Below are positions 51,307 through 59,028 of a DNA stretch of 64,000 nucleotides, piece after piece. Positions within the stretch are counted from its first letter, which is position 1. Each line of letters opens with the position of its first letter. Below the pieces are notes generated by a model that had not been told where the DNA came from, searched no databases, and was given only the letters and a program-made list of their open reading frames with translations. The stretch is from Candidatus Omnitrophota bacterium (GTDB taxonomy: Bacteria > Omnitrophota > Gorgyraeia > Gygaellales > Profunditerraquicolaceae). The DNA lies in NCBI GenBank assembly GCA_026387335.1, contig JAPLLX010000006.1, positions 125,702 through 189,701 of the forward strand, given 5' to 3'. Both the position numbers and the translations under genes were made by a program.

Positions 51307-52443
51307 TCAGGCATCAAAACCCAGACCCGTGATATCAATAACCTTGCGCAGGTCTTTGTATTTTTTAAGTCGCAGCAATTTATTAAACAAATCTAGGCTG
51401 TTTTTTAATTCTACCCCGCAGGCCTTTTTAGTAGCTGAATAAGGGTAAACATCTACCCTGGAAAAACTAAACCTTTTTAAGAAATCTAAAGTCTGGACCA
51501 AATCATCTTTAGTCTCACCCGGGAATCCGACAATAATATCGGTAGTCAAACGTAGATTACGCACCTTGCGGCATAATTTATTAAACAACATCCGCAAGTA
51601 GGCGGAATCATATTTTCTACGCATCATCTTTAAAATACGATCGGAAGCCGACTGGATAGGAACACTTATTTCTTTATTGATCTTATCATTTAAGATGAGC
51701 TCCATAAGCTTATCCGATAAATCGTTGGGATAAAATTCCAAATAAAATACCTCCAGATTAGTCTGGGCTAAAATAAATTCTAATAACTGAGTGAAGGTAA
51801 AATGTTTGTTCCGCGGGTCATGCCAACCGCCCATGCAGGGCCCGCCAAATTCAATCCTCTTTATCCCTCTTAACCCCAACTGCCTAATCTGCTTTTTAAC
51901 CTCACTAAAACTGACATTCCTATTTTTCCGCAGGCAGGGGCAAATACAATAACGGCAATAATTATTGCACCCATTTTCTATTAATATTATCCCGGAATTA
52001 AGAGTGTTACGGTAAACCGGTTTATTAGATGAGGCTAGTGTTTTTCTTAAATATCCGGCAATGCCTTCTTCCCTTATAAATAATATATTCCGGAGACCTT
52101 TTATCTTGGTCTCTGGCAATGACGAGGATGGATAACTCAAGGAACAACCGCTTAATATTATCAAAGCTTCTTTATTGACCCTCCTAATGTAAAACAAAAA
52201 ATTCTTTACAAATTTTTCTAAGTAAGCGGTTATCGGGCAGGCATAAATAATAAAAACCTTTGCTTTGAAAGCCAGGCGTCTTTCTTGCGAATCGCGGAAG
52301 AAATCCCGGTCATCTCCAAAATATTGGTTATAGATAGAAAAGGAATTCTCTAAGGCAAAAGTTAACTGTTGCGCTTGGAACCGGTTAGCCGCGCAACCGT
52401 AAGATTTAATAAAAATGTCCGGATTTTTATTATTTTTAGGCAT
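51307..52443 (-). CDS. MiaB-like methylthiotransferase-family radical SAM protein (no TRAM domain evident)
   Basis: N-terminal MTTase block IKSYGCAANRFQAQ; rSAM motif GCNNYCRYC; 378 aa. Confidence 0.75.
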   Translation of the reverse strand: MPKNNKNPDIFIKSYGCAANRFQAQQLTFALENSFSIYNQYFGDDRDFFRDSQERRLAFKAKVFIIYACPITAYLEKFVKNFLFYIRRVNKEALIILSGCSLSYPSSSLPETKIKGLRNILFIREEGIAGYLRKTLASSNKPVYRNTLNSGIILIENGCNNYCRYCICPCLRKNRNVSFSEVKKQIRQLGLRGIKRIEFGGPCMGGWHDPRNKHFTFTQLLEFILAQTNLEVFYLEFYPNDLSDKLMELILNDKINKEISVPIQSASDRILKMMRRKYDSAYLRMLFNKLCRKVRNLRLTTDIIVGFPGETKDDLVQTLDFLKRFSFSRVDVYPYSATKKACGVELKNSLDLFNKLLRLKKYKDLRKVIDITGLGFDA

Positions 52444-52445
52444 CT

Positions 52446-53828
52446 CTAAAAATACAGATATTTCATATCGGCCCGCTTAATCCTGCCGGCTAGAGGAGAA
52501 AGTACTGCCCTGCATTTAGCAATAATTTTTTGATCATAAAAATATTTAGAAAAAATGGCGTACTCGCCCATATTAGCCGATTTAGAGCATAAAAATCCCG
52601 GTGTATCTTTAATTTTTTTTCTTGTTTTTAAATAGGCTATTTCTTTAGCGAAAACCTTATCCGGGTCTTTTTTAAAAATATCCCTGAATCTCTCTTTGCT
52701 GACCCTGCCGTAACGCAGCCAACTGGTTATAAAATATATCATTTCATCTCTTTGGGTTAGGCGGCAGGTTGATTGAATCGGGAGCTTCCCTTGGTTTAAA
52801 GAATAACAGTATTTATCCGGGTCGTTAAGATTAACGTATCTTGAATAACCGGTGGCATGAGAGACCGCCCCGGCTCCTAGACCTAAAAATGGGCTGTTGT
52901 GTTCTATCGCATCGGAGAGTTGGACATTCCGAGCTGCCGGGTTTAGGCCGTTAGCGTCAAATTCTATCGCCGCGTATCCGGCTTGCCTAATAACTGCCTG
53001 GCTGATTTTGGCCAAACGCTCTCTTAGATCCATCTCTTCTTTAGAAAGCTGGCCTCCGGCTTGCATAAATGCGGTTAAGGCTGTCGGATAAAAGGGATGG
53101 ATATGGATCAATTCGGGCCGCAGCCGAATTACCTCCTCAAGGGTTTTCAAAACACTCTTAGCGGTTTGCCCGCTTAATCCTACCATTAAATCAACATTAA
53201 TGTTGGCTATTCCGGCGTTGCGGGCATCCTGAAAACAGCGCTCAAATGATTCTTTTGACTGATAGCGATTAGCGGACTCTAGGACCCGGCTATCTAAACT
53301 TTGGATACCTATAGTCAGCCTATTCACGCCGTATTTCTTTAATAATTTGAGCTTAGTCCAAGATAAAAAATCAGGATTCCCCTCAAAGGATATTTGTCGG
53401 CATTGATTAAGGTTAAAACTCATATACAGAGCATCAAATAACTCTTTTAATTGGCCTAAGCTTAATAAAGCTGGCGTGCCGCCGCCAAGATAAACTGAAG
53501 ATAGGGGAAATTTTGCGAATAATGGTTTATAGATTTTTATTTCTTTCTTTAAGGCGGCGAGGTAATCTTTTAATGCGGCCCTTTGCGCTAACTCTTGAGA
53601 AAAATAACGGCAGAATGAACATTTTTGCTTGCAAAAGGGTATGTGCACATATAACCCCAGGTGCCTAAAATTATTGGCCAAGGATTTTGACCATGACCTT
53701 AAGATTTCCCGGTTTGAACGGGCTTTCCCCCACAAAAACATCGGGGGATATTGAATAGTGTAACCGCTAAAATCCGTATTAGCGATTCCCTCGGTGATAC
53801 GCTTGAACAAAAAATCGTTATTTTCCAT
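52446..53828 (-). CDS. HemN-like radical SAM protein (HemN/HemW; class C rSAM methyltransferase-type architecture)
   Basis: YVHIPFCKQKCSFCRYF and the HemN-family fold length (460 aa). Confidence 0.8.
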   Translation of the reverse strand: MENNDFLFKRITEGIANTDFSGYTIQYPPMFLWGKARSNREILRSWSKSLANNFRHLGLYVHIPFCKQKCSFCRYFSQELAQRAALKDYLAALKKEIKIYKPLFAKFPLSSVYLGGGTPALLSLGQLKELFDALYMSFNLNQCRQISFEGNPDFLSWTKLKLLKKYGVNRLTIGIQSLDSRVLESANRYQSKESFERCFQDARNAGIANINVDLMVGLSGQTAKSVLKTLEEVIRLRPELIHIHPFYPTALTAFMQAGGQLSKEEMDLRERLAKISQAVIRQAGYAAIEFDANGLNPAARNVQLSDAIEHNSPFLGLGAGAVSHATGYSRYVNLNDPDKYCYSLNQGKLPIQSTCRLTQRDEMIYFITSWLRYGRVSKERFRDIFKKDPDKVFAKEIAYLKTRKKIKDTPGFLCSKSANMGEYAIFSKYFYDQKIIAKCRAVLSPLAGRIKRADMKYLYF

Positions 53829-53833
53829 AACAT

Positions 53834-54978
53834 TTAATTAAGCAATTGCCGGGTCCCGTAAATTTTAGTAAACAAGCGGTTCCGGTGAAGTTTTCTTTCT
53901 ATTTCGAGAAAGGTATGGATATAAATCTGAGACAAGCGGCAGAATTGGGGAAAGTAGCGCTTAAAATCTAAGCCCCAAGAAGAAAAATAAATATAATGCC
54001 CAACCGGGCAGAAGCAGTATCTTAAATATTTACATCTATTGCAATCCTTACCGGTTAATTCCCTTATTTCTTTTCTCTTTTGGGCTAAGAGCTTAAGCCG
54101 TAAACGGTTATTTATCCCTTTATGGATATCCCCGATAATAAATTTTTTTCTTTCCGGCTGGGCTATAGAAAATACTTTATCGCAGCAATAAAAATTCCCC
54201 TCCCAACCTAAGTGGATTTTCTGGCAACGAATGGGTTTATAAAGCCCTTTTCCTCTTATAAATGTACCCAATAAAGAATTTTCAAAAATATCTTTACTAT
54301 CTTTGGCTTTCTCAAAGATAGAGATATAGAAATCGCTAAACTCCCGGAATGCTGATTCGGCTTTATCTAAGCCAGCTTTTGACCATTGGGTGTAAAGGTT
54401 AGGGAAGAAATTAATGCGGTTAAACCCCAGATTCCGGAGATATTTTATATTTTTGAGCAGGCCGCTGATTGTCTGAGGCGTAAAGACTAAAGCGGAATAT
54501 ATTTTATGTCTGGTGTTATCCAGATCCAGTCGCTTTAAGTTCCCGGCTAGGCGATCATGACTAGAGCCATATGCTTTGCGCTTGAAAGGACGGTTGGAGT
54601 CTTGAACCTTTTTCTGGCCGTCTATACTGACTGTGGTTATAATCCTGTTTTCTTTTAAAAAACTTGACCGGCTGGGAGTCAGAAGAGTACCGTTAGTAAC
54701 AACCGTAACCGCTAATTTTGAACTTCCCTTATTCTGCTGAATATAATGATACAGCTTTTTTAACTTTCCAAACCTTAAACAAGGTTCCCCGCCGACAAAA
54801 TTTATACTCTTAGTGTTTCCGGGAGATGTTAAAAAAAAACTACGGCCTTCTTTAACTGCTCAACATCCAGTTCTTTATCTTTACAACTGTCCTTTTTAAC
54901 GAAACAATAATGGCAATCTAAATTACAGTGCTTGGTCAAAAAGATGTTCAACGCCTCGGGATGACTTTCTAACACCAT
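53834..54978 (-). pseudogene. Radical SAM/SPASM maturase (HxsC-like position) interrupted by a single-base frameshift in a T9 homopolymer (54831-54839)
   Basis: From the ATG at 54976-54978: MVLESHPEALNIFLTKHCNLDCHYCFVKK...VVFF then stop. Reading on in the +2 frame through the T-run gives FFLTSPGNTKSINFVGGEP... and runs continuously into the annotated C-terminal fragment (53834..54271, CCDK...CNRCKYLRYCFCP). One extra T (T10) would restore an intact protein of about 380 aa. Confidence 0.7.
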
Positions 54979-55307
54979 CCCCCTCCTCGCCCATGGTTAC
55001 CGTGGTTAGAGTGGTTAGAGTGGTTAGAGTGGTTACTATGGTTGGTGTGCGAACTGGAATGTGGCGTAGAGGAAGTATGGCCGCCTCCCCCCCCAGAGAC
55101 GAGCGAGTTACTATGGCTGGAATGACTGGCATGCTGGGCCTGAGCGCCTTTAGGTTCTAGCATCATTCCCAATACGGCTAAAGATATGCCTAATTTAGCA
55201 ATATTCTTCTTAGAGGCGTTCCCTTCTTCATTAAAAAGAAAGTCTTTAATATTTCTTTTAGTAACGGGCAATTTTTTATTCACCTTCTTATGGAGCTTTT
55301 TTTTCAT
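54969..55307 (-). CDS. His/Ser-rich triplet-repeat secreted peptide (His-Xaa-Ser-repeat precursor-like)
   Basis: Likely start is MKKKLHKK (ATG 55305-55307), 6 nt after AAGGAGG; the ORF-track GTG start at 55376 overlaps the upstream gene. Hydrophobic segment IAKLGISLAVLGMMLEPKGAQA, then HASHSSHSNS...GGGGG...HSSSHTNHSNHSNHSNHSNHGNHGRGGGWC. Its stop overlaps the start of the downstream rSAM gene. Confidence 0.55.
   Translation of the reverse strand: MKKKLHKKVNKKLPVTKRNIKDFLFNEEGNASKKNIAKLGISLAVLGMMLEPKGAQAQHASHSSHSNSLVSGGGGGHTSSTPHSSSHTNHSNHSNHSNHSNHGNHGRGGGWC
54993..55047 (-). repeat. Tandem 9-bp coding repeats (GTGGTTAGA x3 perfect, plus degenerate flanking units) encoding the HSN triplet repeat
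   Basis: gtggttaga gtggttaga gtggttaga gtggttact atggttggt. Confidence 0.85.
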
Positions 55308-56073
55308 TACGCGCCTCCTTATTAAGGGTAGCACAATATTTCTGGATAAATTCTTCAAATCCCTCATACTTTTCACAAGTAGTTTCGTCCCCGCTGATAT
55401 AACCCTGGCACATTAATCTTATATTAGGATCTTTTATTCCGTTGCATTTAGCAAGATTCTTTTCCTTAATCGCTTTTATATAAATGACTTTATCTACACA
55501 AAAATCATTCTTGCACAGTTTAACGTTTCCGGTGGTAAAAGCCCTGCATTCATTGCGTTCTGCTTCATTTTGCGCCTTTTCACAGACAGAACTATCATTG
55601 TTCAGCACTCCTTGCATAAATAGTTTAAACCCTTCACTATTCCGGTCCTTCCAGGAATTCATCAATTGCAGGCTGTTAAAGCCGGACTTAAAAAATCTGC
55701 CGTATATACCCTGATACTCGGTAAAATTAACCCGGCAGTCTTCCAGAAGAGAAGGTTGTAAACTAAGTTTGCCGCATTCCTCTATATCATCCTTTACCAC
55801 TGAACGGCAGTAGATACAACCAGTTAGAAGCTCCACTATCGGGGCCACTCGGGGATCATTAAAGTCTACCTTGTTAATATAAAAATCCTTAGAGCAATCT
55901 GCTGGCTTTTTTTCTTGAGGATAAGTCTCCACTTCTTGGGGATAATCCTCGATTAACTCGGCTTCGCTAAAAAGGAAAGAAAAATGGCTACTCAACATAA
56001 GAGAAACCAGAGACAGGAAGATGACCTTTAGGGCTAGTTTAAATTTGTCCATTATCAGCTCCTCATCACCCAT
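55288..56073 (-). CDS. Cys-rich secreted/membrane-anchored protein (16 Cys in the mature part)
   Basis: 261 aa; N-terminal hydrophobic helix LALKVIFLSLVSLMLSS; cysteines in spaced pairs (CIYC, CEKAQNEAERNEC, CKNDFC). Lies between the rSAM gene and the His/Ser peptide. Confidence 0.5.
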   Translation of the reverse strand: MGDEELIMDKFKLALKVIFLSLVSLMLSSHFSFLFSEAELIEDYPQEVETYPQEKKPADCSKDFYINKVDFNDPRVAPIVELLTGCIYCRSVVKDDIEECGKLSLQPSLLEDCRVNFTEYQGIYGRFFKSGFNSLQLMNSWKDRNSEGFKLFMQGVLNNDSSVCEKAQNEAERNECRAFTTGNVKLCKNDFCVDKVIYIKAIKEKNLAKCNGIKDPNIRLMCQGYISGDETTCEKYEGFEEFIQKYCATLNKEARNEKKAP

Positions 56074-57497
56074 TTATAAAATATATCCTTTATCTTCTCA
56101 TCTTTGAGCTTAATAAATAAATAATCCAAAATACCCTTATTGATCTGGCACCAAAATGCGGACTTATTAAAAATGTTCCCATTTATGGTATAATTCTGCA
56201 AAGGACATACCCCGCAATAGGGTTTATATACGCACTGGCTGCATTCGGGAAGATTATCCAGGCATGACGCTATGCACATCGTTTTTACCACGTTACTCTT
56301 AAAAAAATCCCTGTGCGAACCGGTCCTTACATTACCCAGCCTAAAAGATTCGTCTTTCTGCCGGCTCATCATCCTTCCTTCGTCACAGGCATAAACATCG
56401 CCATTAAAATTATAAGCCATTTGCCCTGTCCCTGCCCCGCAGGGAGAACGCAAATCAACATAACCCGGATCTTTATCCGTCAAAATTTTAGTTAAAAATA
56501 TCACGGCGAACCTTTCCCGAAAATCTTTGCCTTTCATATTCAAATCTATTATATGATCCAAAGCCTTTTTATAAAAAGTAAGGAAATCCTGCCCGGAGAA
56601 AGCTAACCTCTTCCATACCTTCTTATTAGTCCCAAACGGGCTTAGCGGCCTTAAATGCATCCCTTCCAGCCCTAATTTTACATATTCATTGACAATTTCT
56701 TTCGGAAAAGGAAGGGCCAGGCGGGTAATCGTAGCCAGAGCGAACGGCTTATGGCAGGAATTTGCTTTTTTATACTCCCTTATTAATCTTTTCAGCCATT
56801 TAACCGTATTTTTATGACTATTTTTATTCCCCAGAGTAACCCTGCATTTGTTATGCACCTTTTCGGGCCCATCCAATGAAGTGCATATATGGATATCGTT
56901 CTTTAAAAGGTACTTAACTATTTTCTCATTCATAAAGGTCAAATTGGATACAACGGTAAAACGCAAGTCCTTCTTGGCTTTTTTGTTCTTCTCTTGAGCA
57001 TACCGAACAATAAATTTTATAATTTCAAAATTGACTAAGGGTTCGCCTCCCTGAAATTCAATAGTAATTCCTTTATTGGCAGATTCAAAAATCCTATCGA
57101 CAACTTTTTCAGCCGTAGCTATATCCATATCTAATTCATTTTCCTTAAGATCCCGGGAACTTGCCTGACAATAAATACACTTATGGTCGCATCTTAAAGT
57201 AACTACCACAATATGTAAAGCGGTGCCTGCACTCCTTAAAAACATATTTTTTTGCACGTATCTTTGGGCCAGGTTATCAAAGTTTAACTGACCCCGGATA
57301 AAACCTTTATTCCGCAACTGGGAATACTCTTGGGGCGAAGCTTGTTCTATTTTACCGCTAAGGAAGGCGTTAAAACTTGGGGGCTGCAAAAAAATATAAT
57401 CCCCTATGACATTAGTCAGCAAATATTGCCCGTTTAACCGCTTAAATTGAAAGAAACCGACCTTCTGTCTATCTATCTTTTCAGACTCTAGCAACAT
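56055..57497 (-). CDS. Radical SAM/SPASM peptide-maturase-type enzyme with an about 100-aa N-terminal extension (HxsB-like position)
   Basis: LRCDHKCIYCQAS; FQGGEPL; C-terminal SPASM CGAG...YACDEG ... CSQCVYKPYCGVCP. Confidence 0.85.
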   Translation of the reverse strand: MLLESEKIDRQKVGFFQFKRLNGQYLLTNVIGDYIFLQPPSFNAFLSGKIEQASPQEYSQLRNKGFIRGQLNFDNLAQRYVQKNMFLRSAGTALHIVVVTLRCDHKCIYCQASSRDLKENELDMDIATAEKVVDRIFESANKGITIEFQGGEPLVNFEIIKFIVRYAQEKNKKAKKDLRFTVVSNLTFMNEKIVKYLLKNDIHICTSLDGPEKVHNKCRVTLGNKNSHKNTVKWLKRLIREYKKANSCHKPFALATITRLALPFPKEIVNEYVKLGLEGMHLRPLSPFGTNKKVWKRLAFSGQDFLTFYKKALDHIIDLNMKGKDFRERFAVIFLTKILTDKDPGYVDLRSPCGAGTGQMAYNFNGDVYACDEGRMMSRQKDESFRLGNVRTGSHRDFFKSNVVKTMCIASCLDNLPECSQCVYKPYCGVCPLQNYTINGNIFNKSAFWCQINKGILDYLFIKLKDEKIKDIFYKWVMRS

Positions 57498-57700
57498 TTC
57501 TTGGTCGCTCCTAAGACGTAATTGTTAAATTCATCTACAAATATATCCTTGACCTGCGTATCTATATTCTCTATTTTTACTTCTAGGTAATCTTTACAAT
57601 CCTTGACCCTGAATTTTGCCAGATGAGCATAAGCAAGGATCGCTTTCTGGATCGCCTTTTTTTTATAAAACCGAGTATTAAATCTTACGTTTTCTGGCAT
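57488..57700 (-). CDS. Small hypothetical protein (70 aa, ends ...KKCC)
   Basis: ORF overlapping both neighbours within the operon; no family recognised. Confidence 0.3.
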   Translation of the reverse strand: MPENVRFNTRFYKKKAIQKAILAYAHLAKFRVKDCKDYLEVKIENIDTQVKDIFVDEFNNYVLGATKKCC

Positions 57701-58082
57701 TTTTCTGTTTTCTATGTTTCTTTTTCCAAGGCAAAGCTATACCTAAAGGATCATCCTGATAATCCAGTTTTTCGGAAAGACTGACTACACCCGGACCCGG
57801 TAAAGTAGTATATAAAGCGCGGCCAACGATATATTCCCTGATCTTTTTGTTATTCTTACTTATCTCGTATCTTAAGGCGCAGCGCAATAGCTCATTCTTG
57901 AATTCACCTTTTAACGCTTCCAGTTTTTTACCCGCAACCTTGCCTTTACTTTTAAAAAAAACCTTAATCTGATTTCCCTTAAGATCGCTATCCAAAAAAA
58001 TGTAGACGCGGTCAATAAATAAATAACAAGCATTCAAAATAGCTTCTAAAGGATAGATTCTTGCGCTTAGCTTAATCTCCAC
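57678..58082 (-). CDS. Small hypothetical protein with basic C-terminal tail (possible HxsD-like accessory protein; unverified)
   Basis: 134 aa, GTG start; located between the secreted paralogs and the rSAM/SPASM gene. Confidence 0.35.
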   Translation of the reverse strand: MEIKLSARIYPLEAILNACYLFIDRVYIFLDSDLKGNQIKVFFKSKGKVAGKKLEALKGEFKNELLRCALRYEISKNNKKIREYIVGRALYTTLPGPGVVSLSEKLDYQDDPLGIALPWKKKHRKQKNARKRKI

Positions 58083-58115
58083 TAAACTCCGCTCCTTCCT
58101 AAACTTAAGATTCCC

Positions 58116-58457
58116 TTAAGGTGACACAAAATAATCTACCGTACTCACCCATTTACTTTTATTTTTAACCCATACGTCACTAGCCGCGATCTCACCGTTA
58201 ACATCCAGTTCCGTCTGAACGCCCCCGTAGCTAGCTGCGCTGGTCGCTCCAATATTCACCTGCCCCTGGACAATAAGGCCGTTACTGGGCAGAGTGGTTG
58301 CTCTATACCCGGAGCCGATGGACATCTGGTCCGAGCGCAATTCTATATAACTACCGTAGGGCGAGGGATAGTAGGTAGCGATGGGGATGTTTTCTCCGGC
58401 AAAAACAGTTATATATCCTAAAAAAGATACCGCGATAATTAATAATAACTTCTTCAT
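58116..58457 (-). CDS. Secreted Gly/Ser-rich protein, paralog 1 (113 aa)
   Basis: Signal peptide MKKLLLIIAVSFLGYITVFAG; mature part ENIPIATYYPSPYGSY...VNGEIAASDVWVKNKSKW shared with paralog 2. Confidence 0.6.
   Translation of the reverse strand: MKKLLLIIAVSFLGYITVFAGENIPIATYYPSPYGSYIELRSDQMSIGSGYRATTLPSNGLIVQGQVNIGATSAASYGGVQTELDVNGEIAASDVWVKNKSKWVSTVDYFVSP
58149..58337 (-). repeat. 189-bp near-identical direct repeat, copy A (copy B at 58633..58821; about 98% identity)
   Basis: Copy A (58149..58337) aligns with copy B (58633..58821) with only 3-4 mismatches, which indicates a recent tandem duplication or gene conversion between the paralogous genes. Confidence 0.8.
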
Positions 58458-58470
58458 TGGAGGCCTTTAA

Positions 58471-58950
58471 TTAACCGCAGCATAAAAAAGATCCGGACGT
58501 AGGTATATCATAAGTAGTGGGGCTAGTGCCATATATTGGCTGAAACCAACTATACGTAGTCCCTGAACCGCAGAGGGTATTTCCAGTATTAGGTCCATAT
58601 GTCTTCATTGTACACCAGCTCAGACTCCCCAGCCATTTACTTTTATTTTTAACCCATACGTCACTAGCCGCGATCTCACCGTTAACATCCAGTTCCGTCT
58701 GAACGCCCCCGTAGCTAGCTGCGCTGGTCGCTCCAATACTCACCTGCCCCTCGATAATAAGGCCGTTACTGGGCAGAGTGGTTGCTCTATACCCGGAGCC
58801 GATGGACATCTGGTCCGAGCGTAGATTCGCGTAAACTCCGTAAGGCGAAGGATAATAAGTGGTAATGGTCAGATCTTCTGAAAAAGCAAAAGGGAAGGAA
58901 ATTATAATTAAACCTATAGAAATTACTAACGTGGTAAAAAATTTATTCAT
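58471..58950 (-). CDS. Secreted Gly/Ser-rich protein, paralog 2, with Cys-containing C-terminal tail
   Basis: Likely start MNKFF (ATG 58948-58950) preceded by AAGAGGTG. Shares the core with paralog 1, plus the tail CTMKTYGPNTGNTLCGSGTTYSWFQPIYGTSPTTYDIPTSGSFLCCG. Confidence 0.6.
   Translation of the reverse strand: MNKFFTTLVISIGLIIISFPFAFSEDLTITTYYPSPYGVYANLRSDQMSIGSGYRATTLPSNGLIIEGQVSIGATSAASYGGVQTELDVNGEIAASDVWVKNKSKWLGSLSWCTMKTYGPNTGNTLCGSGTTYSWFQPIYGTSPTTYDIPTSGSFLCCG
58633..58821 (-). repeat. 189-bp direct repeat, copy B
   Basis: See copy A (58149..58337). Confidence 0.8.
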
Positions 58951-59028
58951 TGCACCTCTTAGCATAATTCCTACTTGACCCTGCCCGCTCTTAAGAATAA
59001 ATTATCATAACTCCTGCAATGAGTCAAG

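Noticed and set aside
54993-55047. Possible CRISPR-like or other array, given the short tandem repeats
   Set aside because: Units are only 9 bp, directly adjacent with no spacers, lie inside an ORF, and encode the HSN peptide repeat. No CRISPR array or cas genes occur anywhere in the window.
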